IMG/VR virus record: IMGVR_UViG_3300025168_000267
Coordinates: 1-36,089 of that record
Origin: a virus
Taxonomy: Duplodnaviria; Caudoviricetes
DNA: 36,089 bases
Reading direction: 5' to 3' (one strand)
Shown here: piece after piece, positions 8,486-18,600 of the stretch
Layout: every line of letters begins with the position of its first letter
Position numbering within the stretch: the first letter of the stretch is position 1
The notes under the pieces: generated by a model
What the model saw: the letters and a program-made list of their open reading frames with translations, nothing else
The model's database searches: none
What the model was told of the DNA's origin: nothing
Position numbers and translations under genes: made by a program

Positions 8486-10759
8486 ATGGTAAATAACGAA
8501 ATTTGGATGGACAGCGGGGCGATGGTATCTATGATACCTGAACAAGATATATACTTGGGAATTTTTAAAGAGACTGGGGAAACAGATAATGGTTCTACAT
8601 TGACAGTTACATTAAATGATACCTTTACAGGTTTATTTTCTTTGGTTACTAATTTGTATAGAGGGTGTGTATTAGAACTATATTTACAGGCTGATGATAC
8701 ATTCCAAGACAAAGTAATTATCTCATCTAATACTGCTACCACACTTACTTTTAACGATAGCGTTATTGCAGGTATGACAGCAACATCGGAACTTTATTAC
8801 GGTATTATTAAATCAGAAGGCGCACCTGTTCCAGCACCAAAAGGTTCAGGTTCTTCGGTTTTAGAAACTGCTACTATTACAACTGCTGGAAATGATTTGT
8901 TAGCAAGTCAAGCAGTAATAGCAAATGCAGCAATTACTGGAGTTACAGGTTTAACTACAACGGGTGCTGAACTTCAATTAACACTTTCTTCTCATTCTTC
9001 GGATATTACTATGTTAGTAGCCACCTCTAATGGTTCTAATTATCAAACAGGTTTTCTTACTATTCAATTAGCATCTGCAACTGGAGATTCTACATTAGGT
9101 GTAGTTTTCGATACTTCTGCTGGAACAACTAAAGCGGGAAGTGCATTTGATGATTTTGTTGAAGTAAATGTTCCCGACAGTGCTACGGCTATTCAAATTG
9201 CTACTGCTGTTCAAACCGCTTTAGCAAATAAAAATGTTACAGTTACAAGAGCAGGTGCTAAACTTACTATAACAAATAATACAGGGGGATATGTAGGTGG
9301 TGGAGTAATGATTGCTATGGCTGATTCAGCCGGTGCAGTTACAGACTTCGGAACTTTATCAAATGATGTTGATGGTGGAATTGTTACAGCAGTTCAAATT
9401 ACAAACGCAGGTTCTTCTGTTTCCGGTAGCGGAAATTTAACAATTACAAGTGCCGCAGGTGATGATGCTGTTTTAGCATTAGCCGCAGGTGCTTCTTCAG
9501 GTAATCCTCGACTTCTTGCAGATTCGTGGTTAGGGCTTACAGATACAGTAGGTATTCCTACAACAAGTATTGCAGTTACACCTATTAATATTTCTTCAGG
9601 TTCTCGAAATATTGCATACAACCTTAAAGGTGCAGAATCTACAGCAAGTGGTAATTTGAATGTTTCAGCAAATCACTTTACATGGCTTTACTACGCATTA
9701 GGAGATATGGATATTACATCTGCTTTAAATGAAACAGCAGTTACACTTCCTACTCTTGATGCAGGAAAGGTAGGTGCGGCAGTTGATAATATTGCAGGTG
9801 AAGGTGCAACTGGAAATAACTTTATTTACGATTCTGCAAGTCCAAGTCCCGGTGGAAAGAAATTTTATCGAGTTGTTGGAACTACAATTTGTCCACCTAT
9901 TCATAGGATTGATGATGATTATACAGCCGCAGATTTAAAGGCAGTTAACCACACTTTGACAAATAAAATTACTTACGAATTTAGTGAATCGAATGAACAA
10001 ACTTTACCAACATTCGCATTAGAATATTCTCTAAAGAAACCTTCGAGTATGTCAACAGTGGCAACAGATGTTTCGGGAACAGGTATTTCCGAAACAGTAT
10101 TTACAAAGATTTTCCCCGGCTGTATGGTTGATACACTTAATTTAACAGCAACAGCAGGTGAACCAGTTAGTATGAATATAGCATTTTCTCCTAAGAAAAC
10201 ATTTACAGCACCTAATAACTACGATACTGCAAATGCAAAAACAGATGTTAAGGACTTCGTTAACTTTGGTTCTCCAAAGGGAGGGGCGGCAAATGTCACA
10301 GAATCACAACTACAACCGTTTTTCTTCTCCGATGGTTCTATTGAAATGTTCGGACAGGATTATATTAGAATTGAAAGTATTGATTTGTCCATTAGCAACG
10401 CACTACAAGAGAAGAGATTTATTGGTCGAACAGACAACACAAGCATGGCTCATATTCCTACACAGCGAATCTATGGGCTTTCTTTTACAGGACTTGTAAC
10501 AGATAATGCAATTTTTGAAGAACTGAGGAATACTTCTGCAACTTCTCTAAGTGGAACTGATGGAAACCAAATCAAGTTAAACTTTGTAAAGAATGGTGCT
10601 ACTACTGAAATCTTGTCTATGGTCTTTCAAGACTACATGGTTGTTGAAGCAGACTTCCCCCTCTCAAATGATAAAGGCCCAGTGGCCGTTACATGGAGAA
10701 TACAACCTCTACAATTAAAATCTTGCACACACGCAACAAATTGGATTATACAAGGATAA
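8486..10759 (+). CDS. Major tail (tube) protein with large decorative insertions
   Basis: C-terminal tube-like motifs include LPTFALEY, FPGCMVDTLNLTATAGEPVSMNIAF and IESIDLSISNALQEKRFIG...RIYGLSFTG. It is followed by the chaperone and tape measure genes. Confidence 0.75.
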   Translation: MVNNEIWMDSGAMVSMIPEQDIYLGIFKETGETDNGSTLTVTLNDTFTGLFSLVTNLYRGCVLELYLQADDTFQDKVIISSNTATTLTFNDSVIAGMTATSELYYGIIKSEGAPVPAPKGSGSSVLETATITTAGNDLLASQAVIANAAITGVTGLTTTGAELQLTLSSHSSDITMLVATSNGSNYQTGFLTIQLASATGDSTLGVVFDTSAGTTKAGSAFDDFVEVNVPDSATAIQIATAVQTALANKNVTVTRAGAKLTITNNTGGYVGGGVMIAMADSAGAVTDFGTLSNDVDGGIVTAVQITNAGSSVSGSGNLTITSAAGDDAVLALAAGASSGNPRLLADSWLGLTDTVGIPTTSIAVTPINISSGSRNIAYNLKGAESTASGNLNVSANHFTWLYYALGDMDITSALNETAVTLPTLDAGKVGAAVDNIAGEGATGNNFIYDSASPSPGGKKFYRVVGTTICPPIHRIDDDYTAADLKAVNHTLTNKITYEFSESNEQTLPTFALEYSLKKPSSMSTVATDVSGTGISETVFTKIFPGCMVDTLNLTATAGEPVSMNIAFSPKKTFTAPNNYDTANAKTDVKDFVNFGSPKGGAANVTESQLQPFFFSDGSIEMFGQDYIRIESIDLSISNALQEKRFIGRTDNTSMAHIPTQRIYGLSFTGLVTDNAIFEELRNTSATSLSGTDGNQIKLNFVKNGATTEILSMVFQDYMVVEADFPLSNDKGPVAVTWRIQPLQLKSCTHATNWIIQG

Positions 10760-10774
10760 GTTTAAAGACCTACC
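10760..10774 (+). promoter_or_regulatory. Putative TATA-like promoter (GTTTAAAGACCTACC)
   Basis: Intergenic, about 40 nt before ATG 10802; resembles the motif at 466-480. Confidence 0.3.
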
Positions 10775-10801
10775 CTTATTATTAACAAAAGGTGAGAACC
10801 T

Positions 10802-11170
10802 ATGGATAGAAAGACAGTAAAAAATAAGAGTGCTTTATTTGCTACGGCAGACCCTAAACTACATTATGTTAAGGTGTCACCCAAAAGTGATGAATACCTA
10901 AAGATATGGATTAAGGAACCTACCTTTTTACAATTAGAAAAGGCACAGGCGAAATTAATTAACCTAAATGCTAAAACAAAGGACATTTCTCTTGAAATGG
11001 ACACACTGTTCCGTTATCTATGGGAAGCGTTTGTTGAAAAAACCGAACCATCCCTAACGGCAATTGAAATTTTAAGGTTAAGTCCTTATGTTGGAAATCA
11101 AGTTAAGGATATTCTCCCCGACCCCTTCGATTTAGAGGGGGATGAAGATTTAAAAGAAAGTTCCGAATAG
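10802..11170 (+). CDS. Tail assembly chaperone (gpG-like)
   Basis: 122 aa, between tube and tape measure. It has a slippery heptamer near the 3' end. Confidence 0.75.
   Translation: MDRKTVKNKSALFATADPKLHYVKVSPKSDEYLKIWIKEPTFLQLEKAQAKLINLNAKTKDISLEMDTLFRYLWEAFVEKTEPSLTAIEILRLSPYVGNQVKDILPDPFDLEGDEDLKESSE
11149..11155 (+). other. Programmed -1 ribosomal frameshift site T TTA AAA
   Basis: An X XXY YYZ heptamer in the correct phase of the 10802 ORF. The -1 frame is open and continuous with ORF 11173-11358. Confidence 0.8.
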
Positions 11171-11172
11171 CG

Positions 11173-11358
11173 TTGAGGGGAGGGAAAATTGCTGACCCTA
11201 CTATCGCTTCTCGCATAACTTTATATATCTTGGCAAAGGAACTACATATTAGTCCGGCTGAGGCATACCAAATGCCTTATTCTATGGTCCGTGATTTTAT
11301 GGTTTTATTTACTATCACAAAAGAAGCCGAAGCCGAAGCACTTAAAAAGCAGGTGTGA
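11173..11358 (+). CDS. Tail assembly chaperone C-terminal extension (gpT-like, expressed by frameshift)
   Basis: Only a weak TTG start with no SD. LAKELHISPAEAYQMPYSMV is typical of gpT segments, and it is in the -1 frame relative to the upstream ORF. Confidence 0.75.
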   Translation: MRGGKIADPTIASRITLYILAKELHISPAEAYQMPYSMVRDFMVLFTITKEAEAEALKKQV

Positions 11359-11360
11359 AT

Positions 11361-13850
11361 ATGGGATTAGAAAATATCAGAAAAACATTATCCGATATGA
11401 CGGCTGATATTTCTAATGTTCAAACAGCCATTACAGAAACTTCGGAGGCTTCCGATTCTCTCACTCAAAAAATTGCAGGTTTAGCATCTGCAAATACAAA
11501 GGCAGGTTCGGTTTGGTCTGTAATTGGTAGGATGAGTTCGGGTTCAGGTCTGTATGATATACAAAATAAAACTCGTTCTATTGCTTTCTTATTTAAAGTG
11601 AAGCAAAATTTCGATAAGGATAGAATTAAGAATGAAAATAGAATTAATGAAATTTTATCCAACGGTATTAAAAGAAGAGAAAAACTTTTTCAAATTACAA
11701 AATTAGCAAACATTGATGAAATAAAGGCTCTTACTAAAAGTAAATTATTACACGATGATACTTTAAAATTACAGATGAAGCAATTTGGATTTGCTGAAGC
11801 GGTAACTAAGGAAGCCTTTAGAGCAAATAAAGCACTTGAAGAAAGTGTGCTATCGGAAGCATCTACTTTAGATGCAAGAGATTATGGTCGAAGAGCAGAT
11901 AAAGGTTCTCTTTTTAATAAATTAGGTGGGCCATTTGGTGGTAATTTAGGAGAAAGGCAAGATATGGCTGTCGGTATTGATAGTAAGACTGATGAACTTA
12001 ATCAACAACTTAACAATTTAAAAGAGATAAAAAACCTTAAAGAAAAACAAAGACAAGAAAGAGAAACCATTGAAGATAAGTTACAAGATAATTATAATAA
12101 AAAAGAAAGGGCTAAAGAATTAAAAGCATCTTTAGCAAGAGCAAAGAATGTAAAATTCAATGAAGTTGCTTCAAGTAAGTTAAAAAAATACAAAGAACAG
12201 GAAATTATAGATGAATTAAGAAAAATTAAACTTCTTGATAATGGATTAAAAGCATCCGAAAGAAGATTAAGAGAGGCAAAGGAACAGGAACACCTTACCC
12301 GCATGGTTTCAGAAAGTGGAATGAGTGGAGCCGCAGGAAAAGCAGCAAGAAAACAACATACTACACAACAAAAATTGGTTGAAAACATAGAAAAAGAGAT
12401 TTATAATAATAAAGTGACACGGTTAGCAATAGCCCAAAATCAAGGGGCATTAGAAAAAGAACTTGAAAAAATAACTGAGGATGAAACAAAGGAATTAAAA
12501 AACCTTAAACTGAAAAAAAGTAACCAAAGAAGAATAATTAAGAAGATAGAAAGGGAACTTCAGAATTCTAAAGAATTAACACTTGCTGAAGAGCAAGAAT
12601 TAAGAGATGAACTTTCAGTACAAAAGGAAATACAAGGGGTTGTAAATCAAGAATTAGAACAGTCCGAACAATTGATTAAAGCGTATAACGGTGAACTCAA
12701 TGTATTAATTAATGCGGCAGAAGAAAGTGGAAAGGTTATGGTTGATAGAATTGATACTCAATTTGAAGTATCAGATGATGGAGAAATTATAGGACCATCA
12801 AGATTTTCTAGCGGAAGAGTTGAAACAAAAACTCGTAAAGGTAGCAAACTTTCTTTATCGGAAAGGTTTAATCCTAAAAAAATGTTTGAAAGAGCCAATG
12901 AAAGATATAAAGAAAATACTGGAAAGGAAGGTGAAACCAATCTCAAAACCTTTGTAATGGATAAGTTGGGAATAGACAAAAGAAAAATATCCAACATATT
13001 TAAATTCGCAAAGTTAGGTTTTGCACTATTTGGTAAGGTATTACTTATAATTACCGGCATTGGGGTTCTCGTATATATGGCAAAGCGTTTAGGTATCTTT
13101 GATAAAATTTCGGAAGCATATGATTTCCTTGTTACATCGGGAATAATAGACGATATAAAAGAAACATTTAGTGAACTCATAGGTGGTGTCTCAAGTGTTT
13201 TGGGTGGTTTGTTTGATTTGGCAGACGCTTTATTTTCAGGTGGAGAAAACGGAAGTGTTATGGAGGCTCTTAGTAAAATTTTAGGAGGGCTGTGGAAAAT
13301 AGTTTCAAAAACATTAGAACTTACTCTTAAACTCTTACTTGCTTCATTGGGTAGTATTGCCTTTTCTATTGTAAATTCAGCGATTTCAAATGTTAAATCC
13401 TTTTTTAGTACATGGAAGGCTGATGGTCTAATGGCGGCATTAGGAAAGTTGGGTGAATTTTTAATAAAAAGAGTATTATTTACAATAATTGCTTCTGCTG
13501 TTGGTGCTGGTATTGGATTCTTTTTCGGTGGACCTCCGGGGGCTATTTTAGGTGCAAAGGCTGGAGGAATGGTTGGAGGATTAGCGGCGGCTATGGAAAC
13601 AGGGGGAACTACATTTAAAGCCGGTAATTATTTAGTTGGTGAAAACGGACCTGAAATTATTTCTCTGCCCGGAAATACAACAGTTCATAATAATAATAAC
13701 ACACAAAGAATGTTAGGTAATAATATTAATGTGACAGTACAAGGAAGAGTAGGTGCATCGGACCAAGAACTTAACGAAATAGCAAGAAAGATAGGACAAA
13801 AGGTTAGCCTTGAAATGAACCGATACAGCAACAGTGGATATAGAGGATGA
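11361..13850 (+). CDS. Tail tape measure protein
   Basis: Long coiled-coil region, hydrophobic/Gly-rich segments (GAGIGFFFGGPPGAILGA) and C-terminal GG...YLVGENGPE motif. It follows the chaperones; ATG 11361 comes after AGGTGTG. Confidence 0.85.
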   Translation: MGLENIRKTLSDMTADISNVQTAITETSEASDSLTQKIAGLASANTKAGSVWSVIGRMSSGSGLYDIQNKTRSIAFLFKVKQNFDKDRIKNENRINEILSNGIKRREKLFQITKLANIDEIKALTKSKLLHDDTLKLQMKQFGFAEAVTKEAFRANKALEESVLSEASTLDARDYGRRADKGSLFNKLGGPFGGNLGERQDMAVGIDSKTDELNQQLNNLKEIKNLKEKQRQERETIEDKLQDNYNKKERAKELKASLARAKNVKFNEVASSKLKKYKEQEIIDELRKIKLLDNGLKASERRLREAKEQEHLTRMVSESGMSGAAGKAARKQHTTQQKLVENIEKEIYNNKVTRLAIAQNQGALEKELEKITEDETKELKNLKLKKSNQRRIIKKIERELQNSKELTLAEEQELRDELSVQKEIQGVVNQELEQSEQLIKAYNGELNVLINAAEESGKVMVDRIDTQFEVSDDGEIIGPSRFSSGRVETKTRKGSKLSLSERFNPKKMFERANERYKENTGKEGETNLKTFVMDKLGIDKRKISNIFKFAKLGFALFGKVLLIITGIGVLVYMAKRLGIFDKISEAYDFLVTSGIIDDIKETFSELIGGVSSVLGGLFDLADALFSGGENGSVMEALSKILGGLWKIVSKTLELTLKLLLASLGSIAFSIVNSAISNVKSFFSTWKADGLMAALGKLGEFLIKRVLFTIIASAVGAGIGFFFGGPPGAILGAKAGGMVGGLAAAMETGGTTFKAGNYLVGENGPEIISLPGNTTVHNNNNTQRMLGNNINVTVQGRVGASDQELNEIARKIGQKVSLEMNRYSNSGYRG

Positions 13851-13854
13851 TATA

Positions 13855-14574
13855 ATGGCAATTAGTACAAACGATGTTTTAGGAAATATGGGCGGAGATT
13901 CTTATTCGGTAGACCATGCAGTATTTTTAAACTTTGCAGCAAGAGAAGAAGGCACTTCTTCAAGCATTACAAATCGTATTATGTTAAAATGTGATACAGT
14001 TGGTATTTCTACTAATAGAAATATTCCTTCTTTTCCCGTTCCCTTTTCAGGATTGGTAAGAGGGGAGTCAACTAATATTGCCATAGATTTAGGTATTGCT
14101 TCAAAATCTATTCAGTTGGGCGGAGTAATTACAGACCAAATTATTAGCAAACAAAAAGGAAGTGATGATGTTATTAATGTTTCTATGACAGCACAGGAAA
14201 TAGCACAATTAATATCCTCGTCAGTGGACTCTTCCTTTCTTCAAAGTATGCAAAATTTAAATGAATTAATTATTCTCTATCCTTCTCGTGTAGGAAATAA
14301 TTATACTTATCATACCGGAGTGGATGAAAATACAAAACATGCAGATTTACCTTTAGTGCCTTTTACTTGGAAATCACGCACACTTGATGAAGCAGGGTCG
14401 GCGGCAACAGGAAATTTTCCAAATCCAAATGCTAATGAATATGAAGGAATTACAGGTTTTATATCTCAATTTGGGTGCGAGTTTGCGGGTGGACAGTTAG
14501 TTACATTTAATCTCTCATTTACTGAATCAGTTGTAGCAAGTGGTTCAGCAATTAAAGATGCGATTGGTGGGTGA
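13855..14574 (+). CDS. Probable distal tail/tube-initiator protein
   Basis: Directly after the tape measure. Beta-rich, with IDLG...SIQLGGVI and GFISQF...VTFNLSFTE patterns. ATG 13855 follows GAGGATGA. Confidence 0.55.
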   Translation: MAISTNDVLGNMGGDSYSVDHAVFLNFAAREEGTSSSITNRIMLKCDTVGISTNRNIPSFPVPFSGLVRGESTNIAIDLGIASKSIQLGGVITDQIISKQKGSDDVINVSMTAQEIAQLISSSVDSSFLQSMQNLNELIILYPSRVGNNYTYHTGVDENTKHADLPLVPFTWKSRTLDEAGSAATGNFPNPNANEYEGITGFISQFGCEFAGGQLVTFNLSFTESVVASGSAIKDAIGG

Positions 14575-14579
14575 TTAAT

Positions 14580-15611
14580 ATGTATAATATAAATTCTACA
14601 GAAAAAAAATCATTACAATTTCCTGCTATGTCCGATGGATATGTTCAAATTCCGTGGGGTGACGGCTCTAATACTCCTGCACAAAATGTGGGGCTTTGGG
14701 GACACACAGGAGGTATAACTTTAGAATTTTTAATTACACCTTATGATATTTACAATAATTCCGTCACACCTTACTCAGGAAGTCAAAAATCTTTATCTCA
14801 ATCTACCAAAGGTTTAGCGTATCTACAAGCATCTTCAAGAAGAGAATTATTTATGAATGTACTTTATAATACCAATCTAAAGGTTACATTAGAATCATTA
14901 ACGGGTTCTTCTACACCAAATACCCCAGCCTCATATTCTATATCATTTACAGTGGTTATTGGAACTACTTCTACAACTATTACTACTGAAAACATTATTA
15001 CACCTGAAGTAATTGATAATACTTCATCCGCACCTACTGATTATCTTTATTCATCTCACACTCCCTTTGCCCTCAAATCTGCAAGAACTGTAAGTTCTGT
15101 AAGTAGTAATACTATTAATCTATCAGGTTCATCTGCTTCCTTTGTGGTAGGTGAAAAAATTTATACTAATGCGGGAGCCTTAATAGGAACAATAACAACA
15201 CTTGGTTCAAACTCCGTGACAGTAAGTTCTATAACAAATACACCAAGTAACTCCACCCATATTTATACCGAATTACTTAAAGAGCCTACCTATGTTGATG
15301 TTCCTCATCATATAGCCGTAACTTATTCCCCTGCTGGAACTATGGTAATATATTACGACGGACAGGAAGCAAAAAGAGGAATTCATTCATTAGGTGGAGA
15401 TTTTTCATTTCATCCTTCCGATATTTATTTGGCTCAAAATCCCACAGGTAGTTATAACGCAAATCGTAGAACACAATTTATAGGAGAGTATCACGAAATA
15501 GCGATTACCGGAAGTGTTAATAAAAGTTTTAGAAGCACTAATAGCCTATTACCAAATTTTAAGAACACTTTATTATATATGGATTTTGAGGAGGCTAACT
15601 TAGATGGCTGA
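14580..15611 (+). CDS. Tail tip protein with LamG/concanavalin-A-like domain
   Basis: ITLEFLITP...HHIAVTYSPAGTMVIYYDGQE...DIYLAQ...QFIGEYHEIAI match the LamG-like jelly-roll signature. Confidence 0.7.
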   Translation: MYNINSTEKKSLQFPAMSDGYVQIPWGDGSNTPAQNVGLWGHTGGITLEFLITPYDIYNNSVTPYSGSQKSLSQSTKGLAYLQASSRRELFMNVLYNTNLKVTLESLTGSSTPNTPASYSISFTVVIGTTSTTITTENIITPEVIDNTSSAPTDYLYSSHTPFALKSARTVSSVSSNTINLSGSSASFVVGEKIYTNAGALIGTITTLGSNSVTVSSITNTPSNSTHIYTELLKEPTYVDVPHHIAVTYSPAGTMVIYYDGQEAKRGIHSLGGDFSFHPSDIYLAQNPTGSYNANRRTQFIGEYHEIAITGSVNKSFRSTNSLLPNFKNTLLYMDFEEANLDG

Positions 15612-18600
15612 AAATGTATATGTTCTTAACACTGGTGTAGATATTCCTGATAATTTTGCTTTGCGAACAGCCTCTTTTAATGTTAAGACTTCTACTAATC
15701 CAAGAATAGTAACTCAAGAAGCAAATGATAGTGATGTGCTTGGTATTTATTCATATGAAATTCACACTGACGATACTTCTGCTTCTATGGGAAGTGGGAC
15801 AGTTTCGGGTAGTCTACTTAATAGATTATTTCCACTTGGTTCACAAGTCACAGATGTTACAAAGTATGCGACTAATTTATTTGAAAACCCCGGATATAGA
15901 ATTACAATAGACACTGGAACTGCTGGTGTAACTCTTGCGGCTGATAGAGATTACTTTGTATTAATATACGCTGATAATTTACTTAAACATCACATAGCAA
16001 GAATTACTGAAAAGCAGGAATACGAGGGTGATATTTTTAACTTTGACTTTGAACCTGCCCTACCTGAAAATATATCTGCCGGAACTAAAGTCGCAATATA
16101 TCAAGGCCCTTTTAATATAAACAAATCGAGTTCGGGTGCTGATGATGTTGTAGCAGTAGCGTATGGATTGCTAAATGATACTGCTACCAGTGAAGAGAGA
16201 CATGATAAATATGTTGAAGCAAGTCGCCCCACTTTTTATTTTTACAATGGTAAAACTGCTCTCGACCATGACAGAAAATATACTGTTCTTAAAACAAGTA
16301 CGAATGCGGCTGGTGGTAGTCTTGTTAAAAAAAGTGTTTTTGTTACTGACAGCCCTACATCGGGATATATTTTAGACAAAAGTATATTTACACAAAATGC
16401 TAATTTGGTAGATAATAATAAATTAAACGACAGACTTCTAAATGGTTCTTCTGCGACTACACCAAGAGGGATAAATAGTGGTACAGCACAAGGTTCTTTA
16501 TACGATTTCGACCATACTACATGGGCAGGTTCATCTAAAAACTATGATGATTCCGATGGAGGTTTAAAAACTTATATTTCCTATATAGATTCTCCATTAA
16601 GAACGCAAAGTCTTTCTACACCTTACCAACTTACTACTAAAAAAACAATTACTAATAAGGGTAATATGTTTGAGGCAAAGTATTACGATACAGAAAGAAT
16701 GCTTGAGAAAAAAATAAATGAAAATGAGAGTATTCAAATTAAAGAACTAATTGGTAGTAAAGAGATTAGAGATGAACCCACAGCACAACTTCCGGGGACT
16801 TATGACAGAGTTGCTACAAACTCTTTTAGAGCAGAAGGTTTAGATTCGGGAGTTGACTTGAGAACATTGTTAGGACTAAGTGCGCCTTTTGAACCCATAC
16901 TTATAGATGGAGTGTATTATATTATTTCATCAATACAAGCACCTTTAGATGGCAACCAGCAATTTTCTGTTACACATAAAAGAGCAATTGCCTCTACTGC
17001 CTACGAATCAGTAGGAACATTAAGTACAGACCTTCTTGGCAAGAAAGCATTTAGAAAGGTATGGTCTCCTATAACATTAAGGTATTTAATTGGGCATGAT
17101 ATTGATACAACAGCAGGTGGTACTAGTGGCCTTACAAGGAATGGAAAAGATTTAGTTGTCACACCGTCTACTGTTTTTCAAACTACCGCACACGCTCTTG
17201 ATTCGGACATACATGGATTGGAATATGTATATGAAGGAAGGTATTACGGGTATAATGCTAAGGTTATAACTGGCGATAAACCTAACGGATATACAAGTTT
17301 AGACTTTGAACCCGAATCTTCCTACTACTCAAACTCTCATATTTTAAATTCACTTAAGGGTAATTTATTAGTGTATAGGACTATCTTTGAAGGTAAGATT
17401 GAATCAACAGAAACTAAGGTTGAACAGGGTCAATTTAAATATGAGATAACTGGTAGAGATGTAATAGGCGACCTTTTAAATACTGCTGTAAATACCAATT
17501 ATACTTATTCCGATGAATTCGTTTATAGTACAATGAACCCTTTTAATAAAAATTATACAGACATAGGAAGAAATGTTAGTAGTATTTCAGGTGCAGTAGT
17601 TACAGCCGATGGTGCGCCTAATGTAAATTTTGGAGATGTTCTTTATCTTAAGGGAACTCACGCTAGTTTAGACCCTTCTTATTATTTACTCGGCGTGGTA
17701 AAAAGTGTAAGTGGGAATAATATTACCTTAGTTAAAGATTGCTATATACGCAAACACACTACCTTCGTTGGAGATACAACATTAGCCACTGATATATACA
17801 AGGCGAGAAGAAGTGTATTGGCAGGTAAGACATTAGAAACTTCTCTTAGAAATACCGATAGGTCTACGACTTTAATAGGTAGTGCCGATAAGGGGGCAGT
17901 ATTTACAACTGGAAAATATTTTGATTACGGAACTGTGTATGCCGATAATGGTAAATTAAATACGATTACAAGTAGGACAATAGAAGGCTGTACTTTTAGT
18001 AATACTTCAACAACCATAACAACACCTACGAATGGAACTGTTGATTTGGTAGCGGGAATGTTGGTAAGGGGAACAGGTATTCCTGATAAAGCGACTATTG
18101 TTAGTATAACAAACACAACCACTTTTACCTTATCGGCTAATACAACTTCTGCTTCTGCAACAGGGGGCAACTCTTTAATTTTTGGAGACCTAAATGGTTT
18201 TGAAATTAATAATTTAATTACAACAATTAGCGACGATGCCGATTATACCGACTCACCAATTGCTTTTGATTTTCACTATAACACTATTTCTTCTATGGTT
18301 GACTTTCCAGTATTAAGTGAAGTAGACACAAAGGATGGATTAACACAGTTTGAGATAGGTTATGTTTCCCCTATTGTTGTAGGTAGAATAGAAACAGATA
18401 ATTTATTAGATACCTTTATTGAAAGTAGTGATACTGCACAAGCGAGTAGAAAGAATAATAGTATTTATTTAATTAACGGACAGGGTATGCCTCTCGGTGG
18501 TTTCTTACATTTACTTGGCGGTGAAGTTAATGCTGATAAATCACCCAAGACATTTAATAATGACTTTGAAGAAGACCCTACATTAAACTTAACGGTTAAT

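Noticed and set aside
8486-10759. Tail sheath (myovirus) call based on size
   Set aside because: The C-terminal motifs and position directly before chaperone and tape measure fit a tube protein with insertions. No separate tube or baseplate wedge gene is evident.
5265-16375. Alternative-frame plus-strand ORFs (5265-5480, 10233-10499, 15725-15910, 16175-16375)
   Set aside because: They are fully nested in longer genes, with no SD or motif support.
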